Shown: positions 14,175 to 28,075 of the stretch, one piece after another
How positions within the stretch are numbered: the stretch's first letter is position 1
How the letters are laid out: each line of letters opens with the position of its first letter
NCBI GenBank assembly: GCA_964016885.1
Contig: OZ024743.1
Span: 344,038,001-344,102,000 of the forward strand
Direction: 5' to 3'
Source of the DNA: Eledone cirrhosa
Lineage: Eukaryota
DNA: 64,000 bases
Notes under the pieces: model-generated
The model's input: only the letters and a program-made list of their open reading frames with translations
Databases searched by the model: none
Told to the model about the DNA's origin: nothing
Translations under genes and position numbers: made by a program

Positions 14175-14871
14175 AGATAGAAAGATTTGAATGGATACAG
14201 TTTAGTTGAAAGGAATTTATTGACACGTGTTTCTATAACAGTTACATAACCTAAAACAGCTATCTACAAACTTTTAGTTATGCAGACATTCAATATTTCA
14301 ATGTTATTATTTACTGTCATTTCATCAGAATAATATTACTGAGGACCTATTTAGTTTTTATAGAGAATATTAGGAGGGAGGGGTGAAGTTGTTAGAAGAA
14401 TAGTTGAAGGAGTGGTTTTTCGATAGCAGTGAGAATTCTTGGTGGCAGTGAGTAATTAGATTCCCATCTGTTGTTTTGACATTTTTTATAGAATATATTA
14501 TTGGTTATTTTTCTAAATCTATAGAAGGATTAGAGATAGTGAAGATATGCGTGGTTGGTTTTGTGTTTGCACTTAATTAACATTCAGACTTAAATTTTTC
14601 TTTCAAGTGTACGTATCCTTTCACCCACGCATTCACACACAAATATATTTGTACACCTCTACAAAATACATATACACACAATTCACATATTCATACTTAC
14701 ATATATATACACATGCATACACATATATACACACATGTATTTATGTACATACATACGCGCTCATGTGTATACATTTTCATACTCAACTTATCTTTATATA
14801 CTCACGTATAGACACACACATATATACATACATACTCTAGTCCATGTGTACACACATACATCCATATACAC

Positions 14872-14970
<99 letters not shown>

Positions 14971-16600
14971 TACACATACATACATATACACACATATACA
15001 CATATATATATATATAAGCACTTTAATACATGAATACACTTACATCTAACTATACACATCAAACATATATATATATTTACTTATTTATATACATTTTCAC
15101 ATATATATACATACTTATGGACGTTTTTAGACACATTCATTATCGCATATTTGTACCTATTCTCATCAGCATATCTTTTCATTATTAGTATGGTAATTTA
15201 AGGTTATTAATATATGTTGAGAAGAGATTGTTTTTATATTTTTCTAACTAGATTAAGGTTTATATAGTTGGGGGATGTCCCTCTTTTATGTAATATTCGG
15301 CTTGTAGTGGGAAAAAAGGGTTTTAGTTCTGTGACGGCAGAATAATGTTCGTTCAATTCTGTTATTCAGCAGTTTCTTCTTGTGTGTGATTATGTAATAA
15401 ATCTCAAGATTACACAATTTGCAGAAATTTTGGCTCCTGGAAAAGCTTTGGGTTTTAGCTAATTTTTCCCATTTTAGGGTAAACTTTTGATCGCTATCCC
15501 TGAGCGTCCAAGCTTTTTCTGCTAGAGTTGTTACATTTCTTTGGCTCTGGTGTTTTATTGAGTAAGAATGCCTATACAATCAAGATTTAAACGTTGTTGC
15601 CGTTGATCCCACGTAATACCACTCGTTGCCTCCGGATTTAATGGTACACTTATAAATAATATTTTTTTCCAGGCAGTTATTGCCGAGGGGGCAGTTGTCA
15701 GGATAGGTGCAGTTACAGTTGTGTACGTTGGGTTTTCTCTGGAGTAGTATTGCGGACGAACTTAGGTGTGGTTTATTTATGTTCTGTAGTGTATTGTCTA
15801 CTGTTTTTTTTTGTGTTCTTTGTACTTAAGTTCTTAGTGTTTTCGTTTAACCTTCTAGTATTGATCTTTTTTATGTGTTGTTCAAGGTTTAACGCTGTAG
15901 AGTATGACAGTCTTATAGTGGTAGGGTTTAGGATTTTGTGGTATTTGTGTGATGTGGGAAAATGTCTTTTAATTATTTTAAAGAAGAGTACTGGTAAATT
16001 TGTACTAATGGAGCTATTGTATTCGGGGTTATACCATAAGTACTCTTTGCATCGCTTTCTATTAGTTTTGTTTGTTGGTTTACTGGTGTGCATACTATGG
16101 TAGTAAGTGTGGTTTGGTGTTGTGTTATTATATCTACCTATGTGGGATTTATTTTGGGTGTTTTGATTGTTCCCATCTATGTACTCTATTTTGTTGAGGT
16201 AGCCTGCTTTACTAAGGGCGTTATCGTAGTACTCAGCGTGTTCCTTAAATACTTGTATGTTAGAAGATAGACCCGAGATTCTAAGGGAAATATTTTTAGG
16301 GATAGATTTAATTATAGAGAAGGGGTGGTTAGACCCAACATTTACGTATTTGAGATTTTCATTCAATTTATGAAACGGTTTAATCAAACCAGAGTTTAAA
16401 TTGAGTGTGACATCCAGGAAGTTAACTACTTTAAGGTTGTATTCATATGTTATAGTTAGTCCTATTTCGAGTAGTAGTTTTCTTATATCTTTGCGTAGTT
16501 TTTCTAGTTTTTGGTTATTAAGGTTTTTAGCTAGGAGGAGAACATCGTCGCGGTATATTCCGCCGTGGAGATTGCTGAATTTTTCCTGGAGTCTAAAGGC
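14172..16600 (-). mobile_element. Penelope-like element, Naiad-like, 5'-truncated: RT C-half, thumb, CxCxxxxxC linker, GIY-YIG endonuclease, 3' pLTR with hammerhead
   Basis: [28 protein letters not shown] and LWYNPEYN; after a frameshift CNCTYPDNCPLGNNCLEKNIIYKC...YYVGST; then CKLCNLE...CRH, ending at 15286. The Naiad assignment is inferred from motif pattern. Confidence 0.88.
14217..14333 (-). ncRNA. Type I hammerhead ribozyme motif in the PLE 3' terminal repeat
   Basis: Minus strand: TTATT-CTGATGA-a-ATGACAGT...ACTGTTAT-a-GAAA-CACGTG-TC-AATAA. 5-bp stem I, palindromic ACACGTGT stem III, GUC triplet, ~70-nt loop II. Confidence 0.8.
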
Positions 16601-16624
16601 GATATATATATATAATGTAATAAA

Positions 16625-16674
16625 CAAACAGCTTCTTTAAGCCATGTCAGTAGAATGACCTCGTCATTCTTGCT

Positions 16675-16714
<40 letters not shown>

Positions 16715-16754
16715 AGCAAGAATGACGAGGTCATTCTACTGTACATATATACAT

Positions 16755-16830
<76 letters not shown>

Positions 16831-16880
16831 AGCAAGAATGACGAGGTCATTCTACTGACATGGCTTAAAGAAGCTGTTTG
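16625..16880. repeat. 54-bp motif repeated in inverted orientation across (TA)n tracts
   Basis: caaacagcttctttaagccatgtcagtagaatgacctcgtcattcttgctctta (16625-16678) is mirrored at 16827-16880 and partly at 16711-16741. A partial direct copy lies at 14062-14101. Confidence 0.85.
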
Positions 16881-17289
16881 CATAATTGCAAATGAATCGA
16901 ATATTATTATTATTAATATTAAAAAAACTCAGATTAAATTTATATATATATATATATACTTACGCACACACGAACAAATACACAAGCAGAAACACATTTA
17001 CACGCATATATATTGACCCAGGATAAATACTTGTCTATCAAAACTATTAGATGTCTGCTGATATATACTTGTTGCTTCGGGATGTAGATTCTAAAAAAAA
17101 AAAAAAAAAAAAAAAATACAGAACCTGCAATTACGTGTTCCATGGGCATGTCTGTATGTGTGTGAAATGAAGGAGGTGTCTTTTGATATTTCCAAGTAAT
17201 TTCAAACGGAATTTCCAAACATCAAAACAAAACGCGTCAGAGAATCGGTGTTTACCCTGCCCTTGTACCTAAATGTACCTCGATATTGA

Positions 17290-17900
17290 TTATACTACTC
17301 AATTAAACCAAGGCGGTGAAGTGACTTCATTTTGGCAATTGTATGTGGGATGCTGGAGTCTGGGCATTGAGGAATACCTTAATTTATGGCATGCAATTTT
17401 TGAAGTGATATTATTTAGGCAAGAATAGCAAGACTTACCGCTATGGGCATTGAAGAGTTGTCGGAAAGTGATGCTTTACGAGAAATAGAAAGTTCGTAGC
17501 AATATTTATGGCAATATCTACGTCCTGCTTTTCAGGGTTACCAGATCATTAGGATGTTCTTCCTCTAACTTGATATCTCACTAAAGTCATTCCTGTATAA
17601 GTCCTCGCATATATAACTACATAAGTAATGTAAAGTTTACAGTTGCAACACGAAATAAAAATTGCAATGAAGCATTAAATTTTCAAGAACTTTATCTCAG
17701 AATGAGAAATAGTCAGAAAAATATATTTCTCCCCATCACTCGAGAGTGTTTAAAAACAAAAATTTATGTTCGTGCATTCTTATTTTACGTTTTAATGATA
17801 GACTTGAAATATATTCTTGAAGAATATCAAAGTATTGGTTAAAGAAATTTCTCAGTGCTACGTTTTTGTCAAGGGGATGAGGTTTTAGTAAAAAATAATT
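17290..17900 (+). mobile_element. Possible highly decayed Tc1/mariner transposase remnant
   Basis: caaggcggtgaagtgacttcattttggc resembles the Tc1 QGGGxVMFW motif. There is no ORF or TIR support. Confidence 0.25.
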
Positions 17901-18388
17901 TTATTATATTATTTTGCGGTGTTAAAAAATATTAGGCAAAGTTTTTATGGTTACAGACTAAAGAAAATGGAGATAAATCTCATCTTAAAACTGGACAAAG
18001 AAAAAATCTAGTAGGATTGGTAAAGTCGTTAGAGCGTAGAACAACATACCTTTTGGTATTATGTCCGATTCTCTGCGCTCTAAGTTCAAACCCTACCGAG
18101 GTCATGTTTATCTTTCATCTTTTCGATCGATAAATTAGAGAACCTGTCTGAGGCGGTCGATTGGAAGAATTGTTTGAGTATCGGATGAGAAGCCAGGTAC
18201 CATTGGTTTTAATTCTCTGTTATGAATTCAAATACCACTGTATCCTATGTGGGTGAAGACTTTAATTCGTCGTACGGTTCAATACCACCACTTGGCGTTC
18301 GGATGTCATTAGCACCGTTGTGAGCATCCGACTCAAGTCTCTGGTTTGAGGATAACACAAACATACACGCTATAACATTATCGTTCGT

Positions 18389-18427
<39 letters not shown>

Positions 18428-18743
18428 CAAGTTGACCCCCCCCCCCCCCCAAAAAAAAATGTATAGACATTTGAACAGCATTCTAATAAATATTGCTTTT
18501 ACAGGTAATGAAAGTATGTATACATCTGTTTGGGATATCCAGCTTCTATAATTTTCGGCGAAAGCAGGGGAGTACGTGACTCTGACGAACGCGAACCAGC
18601 GTGAAACAGACTGTCAGCTTCTATCCCTTCTTTCGCCGAAAAGAAGTTAGTGACATAGTCACTACTTTAAAACTGATAGCGTATGGTCTTCTAAATGTTT
18701 TTAATTAAACATACGGTATATTGCCAAATATACTGTACATACA

Positions 18744-18783
<40 letters not shown>

Positions 18784-18825
18784 TTGGTGCTCTGAAATAG
18801 CGATATATATATATGAATGTATATA

Positions 18826-19402
<577 letters not shown>

Positions 19403-19504
19403 AGAATGAAGAATAACATGGTCTGCTGTACAATAGGGCTTATTTATTTGGATTACCTTAAACGATACCTTGTTATTATATATATATTTTTTTATATACC
19501 TTTC

Positions 19505-19584
<80 letters not shown>

Positions 19585-19652
19585 GAGTGATATGTAGATG
19601 AATTGAGAGAAAGTTAAAGACATTTCTAATCCTCCTAGTGCTATACACTCAC

Positions 19653-19863
19653 CTATTCTTTATTTGTAGTTCTATAAATATCCACACCGAGACTCATTAT
19701 AAGTGATGATGGTAGCCAAAAGAATATGGGGGGCATCTAGACGGGAAAAAGCCTGTGGTCGAGGGTTACATCCGTTGTCAAAGTCGTTGGAGATAATATT
19801 GGATCGATAATGTTTACTATTTTTATTTTGTTTTTCTCTTCTCCCTTTTATCAAGTTTTATAT
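19653..19863 (-). pseudogene. Candidate disabled exon (acceptor AG>TG, compensating frameshifts)
   Basis: Strong polypyrimidine tract ending cctg and donor AG|gtgagt. The 211-bp length fits phase 1 to 2, linking exons 28932-29031 and 13611-13752. Main frame: SNIISNDFDNGCNPRPQAFSRLDAPHILLATIITYNESRCGY. Confidence 0.35.
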
Positions 19864-20968
19864 CAGGAAAAAAGAAAAAAGGAGAGTCAACGAGAATTTA
19901 ACAGAGATAAGCAGCCAGACTCTCATTAAAAAATAACAGAAGGTCGAGAAAATAAATTAGCCTTTCTGTAACAACTCTATTTGTTAGAAACATCAGCCAA
20001 ATCTCACTCAAATCATACTGTAGTAATTTTGTCACTAAAGCTTTATACGATTTTATAAATATCACAAACCCATTAAACAAAAGTTGTTTTAGGGAGAGAA
20101 TTTATTTATATAAAAAAAAAGATGTAATATTATTTTAAATCAAATTTTATTATAAGAACTTTATCCTGCGGAACACTGGTGTTCTTGGAAACCCACTCTG
20201 AGAAACACATCCTTGCTGTTTAAAAGAATACAGCCTTGTCACACAGGGTTATGATGATCCACACGGAGAATTATGTTATACTCACACATATCGATGAAAT
20301 ACTCAGGTATTTATACACTAATTCAATGAGTTAGGCCAGATTGATGGAACACTTGGAATGCTCATTGTCGAAATCGACAGAGATCCATTTTTTAAAGATA
20401 AATTATAATCTGGAAAAAAAAAAAAAATGAAACGGGATGGCTATGGTTGGAACACCTACGAATAAAAAATCTCACCGACAAAACCACATGTAAATAAAAA
20501 AGATGCAATGATTGCTCGACGTGCTGCAAATCACAGTCAAATGTTCCTCACATCATACCATTCTCTCTTAAAAATTGGAAGAATACTTTGATAATCATAG
20601 ATACATGTACATAACACGCACACACTCTCGCGCTTACGCACACCCACACACACACACACACATACATACACACACACAGTTACCCACAGCTACCCAACGA
20701 CCCAACACACACACACACATTCATAAGGTTTGTTGAAATGTAAACGGAACAAAGCTACATATACTCTTTAAAATAGACTCACATATACGCAAAAAGACAC
20801 GCTTACACATACAGACATACAACAAACACATAACTACTAACAAACAGTACATAGATATACACAGACATTTGCAAAATCATACAGAGGCCGTTACTCATAC
20901 AGACAGTTATTCACACAGAGAGTTTCACAAACACACATGCACATATATAAATACGGGCGCATACACAT

Positions 20969-21152
20969 AATTGTTTCCACTTTTGGCACAAGGCCATCAA
21001 TTCCCCAGTACATTACTGGTACTTTATTTTATCGACCCCGTAAGGATGAAAGGCAAAGTTAACCTCGGCGGGATTTGAACTCAGACCGTAAAGGGACGTA
21101 ACTACGATGGAAAGCATGGCGTCCGACCCTCTACCGATACTGCCAATCCACC
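20969..21152 (-). mobile_element. tRNA-derived Nin-domain SINE
   Basis: Family A/B boxes and Nin core. Confidence 0.85.
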
Positions 21153-21164
21153 ATGCACATAATA

Positions 21165-22990
21165 ACTTATGTGCACATACAGACGCATATACACACAGAG
21201 GCAAACATATAAACACACAGACATGCACACCCGCAAAAACAGACACACATATACGCACAGAGAGAGACAGACAGACACACATATACTTATCCATGTGCAC
21301 ATACAGACGCATATACACACAGAGGCAAACATATAAACACACACACATGCACACCCGCAAAACAGACACACATATACGCACAGAGAGAGACAGACAGACA
21401 CACACACATATACTTATCCATGTGCAAATACAGACACACATATACACATACATGGAAACACATATATATCACATAGACATGCAAATGTGCACATACGACA
21501 CACATAGACACACCCATACCAGCAGAAATACACATATATATACACATGCACACAGACATATACTGAAGCACACGCATACACACACACTGACACACTGAAA
21601 GACACACATACACACACAATTACCAACAGAAATACACACACATATACTCATGCACACAGACACACACTGGAAGACACACACACACACACATACACTTACC
21701 AACAGAAATATACATTCAAATACACATGCAGACAGACACACACTTGCACATAATACACACACACAGACACACACTGAAAGACACACATACACACACACAC
21801 TTACCAACAGAAATACACCCACATAGACACATACTTACCAACAGAAATACACACATATGTACACATGCACAGATACACAGACACACACGTGCACACACAG
21901 ACACACACTGAAGCACATACATAGACACACACTTACCAACAGAAATACACAAGCACACAGACACACATGTACATAAGACACACCAAAACACATACATAGA
22001 CACACACTTACCAACAGAAATACACACACATATACACAAGCACACAGACACACACATGTACATAAGACACATCAAAACACATACATAGACACACACTTAC
22101 CAACAGAAATACACACACATATACACAAGCACACAGACACACACATGTACATAAGACACACCAAAACACATACATAGACACACACTTACCAACAGAAATA
22201 CACACACATGTACACAAGCACACATACACACACGTGCACACACAGACACACACTGAAACACATACATAGACACACACTTACCAACAGAAATACGCACACA
22301 TGTACACATGCACACATACACACACGTGCACACACAGACACAAACAGATACACATATACACATACACACATATACACATATACACATATACACATATACA
22401 CATACACATAGACACAAACAGATACACATATACACATACACACAGATACACATATACACATATACACATACACACAGACACAAACAGATACAAATATACA
22501 CATACACACAGATACACATATACACAGACACAAACAGATACATATATACACATACACACAGATACACATATACACATATACACATACACACAGATACACA
22601 TATACACATATACACATACACACAGACACAAACAGATACACATATACACATACACACATACACACAGACACAAACAGATACACATATGCACATACACACA
22701 GACACAAACAGATACACATATACACATACACACATATACACATACACACAGACACAAACAGATACACATATACACATACACACATACACACATACACAAA
22801 CAGATACACATATACACATACACACAGATACACATATACACATATACACATACACAGACACAAACAGATACACATACACACATACACATATACACATACA
22901 CACAGACACAAACAGATACACATATACACATACACACATATACACATATACACATATACACATACACACATACACACAGACACAAACAGT
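21165..22990. repeat. CA-rich minisatellite array with successive higher-order units (~126 bp x2, ~89-bp cttaccaacagaaatac units, ~45-bp cacagacacaaacagatac units)
   Basis: Anchor motifs recur at regular spacing. All ORFs here are repeat read-through. Confidence 0.9.
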
Positions 22991-23336
22991 TAGGGAAAGA
23001 CACGGTTTGGTGAGATATAGAAGGGCAAAAAAACGAGATAAGTTTGATAAATGTTAAAACTTGCTCTTTATTATTCATAATGTTAACCTGAGGAGATTCT
23101 TTCGAACATTCTACTTGTATGATTTCATTTTGTCATAAATTGACAATATCGATACTACGACTGATGATGCCCATAGTGAGGGTAGGGGTAGTAGTAGGGT
23201 TGGGGTTAAGGATAGTAGAAGGAGGTAGCGGTATCAGGAAGACGTAGATAAACATAGGACACAGTAGAAAACATACACACTCACATGTTCATCTACATGT
23301 TAACAAATAGACAACCCCAGCACATATGTAGCATAT

Positions 23337-23459
<123 letters not shown>

Positions 23460-23556
23460 ATATATCTATGCGTATGTATGTATATAGGTATACACATGTC
23501 TTCATTTACACACACACCCAAAGATATACATATAATTGTATATATATGTGTATATG

Positions 23557-23686
<130 letters not shown>

Positions 23687-23985
23687 TATTTATACACACA
23701 CACACACACACATATATATGTATGGATGAATGTATATCTATACACACTCTCACACACATATAAATATATATGGGCATTATAACCTAATGCATACATATGC
23801 ATATTTTTAGGGAAGTGGGCGTTTGACCAGCCTCTGGCGTATAAATTGGTTCAGACATCCACGGCTGTTACAGCTGTCGAAGCCGGTACATTCGGCGGTG
23901 CTACTGTTGTTACTGACACCATCACCACTCCAAAAACCACTGCCACTACCACCACAACCACCACCATCACTACCCACCCACCAAA

Positions 23986-24067
<82 letters not shown>

Positions 24068-25289
24068 TTATTAAAGTTATCATCATCATTATTGGGATTA
24101 ATGTTGTCTTTCATCCTTACGGGTTATATAAAATAAAGTACCAGTAAAGCACTGGGGTCGATTTCATCGACTTTCCTGTGCCCTTCAAATTGCTGGCCTT
24201 GTAAAAATGTATTCTAAACAAAGAGTAGACGCTTGATTTAATCGGCTATGGCTGTAGTTCAGACATTTGTTTTATTTATAAATATACAGTATATTAATAA
24301 AATCACAAACGGAAGGACCTCTTCTTTTCGACTGACATGCAGGCTTGATCACTTGGATCAAAGTGAGCAAGCTTTCAATTTAGCCACCGTTGAAATGCAC
24401 ATATATCTTACCAAATAGACAACCCCTGCACATATGTAATATTTATAATGAAACTTTGAAAAGTAATCCATGTTGAAACCGGTCAGTACAAAAACAAATG
24501 ATATAAATGTGATTATTACTTCAAATACATTTATTCTGTAACGACTATAATTTGTTATGAAGTAATTTCTTTCCGTTGGTACTTTAAATTTGCACAAATA
24601 TATAAACAAATTCGATCTGAAGCTCGGTCTGAAGATTCACGTAAATTTGTTTTTGTTGATTTATGATAATACATCATAAATCAACAAAAAAAAATTGTAC
24701 TGGCAATGGCCGTAGTGCTTGGACAAATTTAAATTTCAAAATCAAACCTGTTCCTTAAAATCCAAATATGTTTCGAATAATGAAAAAGTGGAAGAAAATA
24801 CCGCATTTTGATCTCCTCAGCAAGCACTATAAAAATTGGTATGTTCCACTTCAAAATATTTAGGAAGACTGTTTAGCGCACGAGGTAACCTCATGCGGTT
24901 ATCCAGTGTCTAGCTAGCCTCATACTCGTGCTGCTAGAAATAACAGCCGTTTGTATGGGGCTAAAATCAGCTCAATGAAGGAGCAGTGAAAAATCAATAA
25001 TAATGAGTTCAAATCTCAGGCGATCATTTACAATGAAATAGCTCGAAGAAAGAAAGAGTATTTCTGAGCCGTGTATATAGGTTAACACAAATCAATATAT
25101 TTGATAAACACAAATATCCTCATATTTATGTTTGTATTGTAAATGACCAAGTTAGCTAGATAGAAATATACTAATAATAATATATTACAGTTTGCCTATC
25201 ATGACTTAAGATAATACATCATAAATCAACAAAAAAAAATTGTACTGGCAATATAACTCTGTTATATATATATATATATATATATAACA

Positions 25290-26075
25290 GAGTTTTGTAG
25301 CATGCTTGAAGCATTGTTGAATAGGAAACACAATTTTAAATAATTTTGAAAACCAAACAATGCATTAGAAAGAAAATTAAATAGCTAATATAACAAAACA
25401 ATCTTACCTTAGCAAATTTAGTGGTCCCAAATATGTTCGGGTTTAAAAAACCCATTACCAAGGGAGTATCACTAGGAGAGACTTAAAGGGTCGTTCGGAG
25501 TTGACTTGTTTGGAAGGCAGATTTAAGTTGTGAAATGTCTGCAGAAAAGTGTTTGATATATGTACGTGTATGCGTGAATGTAAATTTATGTATTGAAAGG
25601 CGTGTGCGAATATGTATATAATAAAAAGGGAAAATATGTGTGTGATATATGTGTGTGATATATGTATGTGTGTGACCGGGCCACTGGGAAGTTGGAAAAC
25701 AGGCTTTTAAATTAGCCATTCTGGTGCACTTCTTTCCATTCGATTATTGATCCTAGGTTTTAAGTGCTTGATCAAGAGGGCTTCCTTAATTCTCAGCGTG
25801 CCTATACTGCGTTCGGTAGCTAGGATTGTGGTGGTAATGTTGTCCCGGTTTCCACATTTGATGATGTGTTTGCGGAAGGAAGAGGAGTTGGTGTTAACAT
25901 GCTCTTTAATACGGAGATGTAACTGTCGAATAGTGCTGCCTATGTAAAATAGATTGCATTTGTTACATTCTAGCCTGTATATTACGCAGGTACTTAGGCA
26001 ACAATTAGTGTTGTGGATAGGGTAATTGGCTAGGGTGCATTCGTTATCGTCGTTGGGGTGGGGGTCGGGGTCAAT
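25290..26075 (-). mobile_element. PLE 3' fragment: GIY-YIG endonuclease plus 3' UTR/pLTR
   Basis: ORF 25707-26102 has CVIYRLECNKCNLFYIGSTIRQLHLRIKEH...LRIKEALLIKHLKPRIN (GIY-YIG with R, H, E and N catalytic positions). It ends at a (TA)n tract. Confidence 0.85.
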
Positions 26076-26158
26076 AAAAATGACACACCTGTTGGGTTTC
26101 ACTTCAATTTATTAATATAATTTCCCAGTAGTTAGTTTAATAACCGGATAGATCATCC

Positions 26159-26326
26159 TCAAAACTCTTTCGTCATACATTATGGGAGTTCTTCAGTGAT
26201 ACTATTGTTGTTATTTTGTGTCGTTTGCTCGTTCTTTCCTACACCATCAGAACAAAGGAGAGACACAAAATAACAACAAAAGCAGTTATTGGAGAGGTCA
26301 CAGTATGTGTGACAAAAGAGCTTTGA
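26159..26326. repeat. Long imperfect hairpin
   Basis: Perfect 18-bp arm 26205-26222 / 26262-26279, plus outer arms 26159-26180 / 26305-26326. Confidence 0.8.
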
Positions 26327-26809
26327 AGACAATCATCAACTAAACAACCATCAAGTTATTAAACTAACCGACTGGGAAATTATAATAATAAATTGAAGTG
26401 AAATCCAACTGATAGATGTGTTTTTATTGGTAGCATAACCCTTCCTATATATAACAATATCTGTTTCAATACACGTTTTCAGATAAAAATATGGCAAAAC
26501 AAATACAAAGGCACAGACACACACACATGCACACACACATATATATGTGTATGTATGTATGTGTGTGTGTCTGTGTGAGTAAGTGTGTGTACTGTATATA
26601 TGCTTATCATATATATATATAGGTCTGTTAGTTGCCAAACATAACTGGGAAAATCTATACCATTTTTTCTCTTTCCTATAAAAATGTGTAAAACTTTCTT
26701 GTTAAATAGTTTGATACATTTGGATGATTAAGAATTGCTTATTGATTAACGTCAATAGTTTTATTGCCACATGAGTCGCTACATTTTATTGAAAGATATA
26801 TTGAAGAGT

Positions 26810-28075
26810 ATGTCCTCATCCTCGGGTCACCGATCCACCCGCCGGCCATCCTCTCCACCATCAGGTCCAGGCTTCAACAGCTCCAGACTCTCACGAGCCG
26901 ACTGGGCTTGATTGACGGCCACCCAGCTCTCTTTCTGCTGAGGAACTGCTTCGCCATGCCGAAGCTCCTCTATACACTCCGCAGCGCTTCGTGCTACACC
27001 CAGACATCTCTCCTCGCTGACCTCGATACTTGTATTCGAGAGCAGCCGAGGGGATATGCAACGTCAAGTTTGACGACATAGGGTGGCAACAGGCCACTTT
27101 ACCTGTCAGATATGGCGGCCTTGGCCTCCGGTCCCCGATCTCACTAGATTTGCCGGCGTATCTTTCGTCGGTAACCTCATGCCGCGTCCTCGTCAGCAGG
27201 GTTCTTCACAACACAACAGAACCCTCTGTGTTCAGAGAATGTGAGGCCGCCTGTGAGACGTGGGACCGGCTGGGACTTAGCCCAGTTGACGTCCCTCCCC
27301 CCTTCTCCCCCTGTTGACGACAAGTCCCCTCAACGCACTTGGGATGCCATCCAGTGCAGCCTGGCCTCAGACAGGCTCACGCGCCAGCTTGACCAGCACC
27401 GCCTTGCTTGTTTTCGTGCGGCCTCCAAACCCCACAGTGGTGCTTGGCTCCATGCCCTGCCCTCCTTCTCCACTGGCACGCCGCTAGACAACCATAGCCT
27501 GCGAATCTGCGTTTCCCTGAGGATCGGCCTCCGGATCTGCCAGCCACACCAATGTCGCTGCGGTTCCACTGTGGACTCTTTCGGCCTCCACCCGCTTTCC
27601 TGTCGCCACAGTGCCGGCCGCATTCCACGCCATGCTGTCCTTAACGAGGTCATTAAGCATGGCTTGTACGCTGCAGGTTTCTCTTCCCAGCTCGATCCGG
27701 TGGGTTTGGATCGAGGGGACGGCAAAAATGTAGATGGCATGACCATCTTCTTGTTCCGCGGTGGCTAACCTCTCGTCTGGGATGCCACGTTCACCGACAC
27801 TTTCTGCAGCCGCAACCTGGTGCAGTCTGCGACTGACCCAGGTTCTGCTGCACGTCGGGCTGAGGGGGCCAAACTCCTCAAATACCGGTCGCTCTCCGAC
27901 AGGTTTGCGGTCGTACCCCTGGCAGTGGCGACTACTGGTGTCCTCGGCCCCAGGGCTACCTCCTTCTCACCACCATAAGCGCTGAGCTGGCCAGCCGCAG
28001 GTGTGAGCCCCGCGAGTTGGAGTGGCTTTTCCAGCGCGTCTCCCTTGCCGTCCTCCGTTCTCCATTCTGTCCGCC
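26810..28075 (+). mobile_element. CRE-clade non-LTR retrotransposon 3' half (thumb, CCHC knuckle, restriction-like endonuclease), frameshifted
   Basis: LLRNCFAMPKLLYTLR, QATLPVRYGGLGLR, SGAWLHALP, CRCGSTVDSFGLHPLSC, RHAVLN, DGKNVDGMT, LVWDATF and FQRVSLAVLR. The segment is a GC-rich island. Confidence 0.85.

Noticed and set aside
15580-15582. In-frame TGA in the Naiad-like GIY-YIG as possible selenocysteine recoding
   Set aside because: It falls at the conserved Arg of FKxR (consistent with CGA>TGA decay), not at a Cys position. The nearby Cys residues use normal codons.
21500-22300. Regular cttaccaacagaaatac repeats as a CRISPR array
   Set aside because: The spacers are themselves repetitive CA sequence, the context is eukaryotic, and there are no cas genes.
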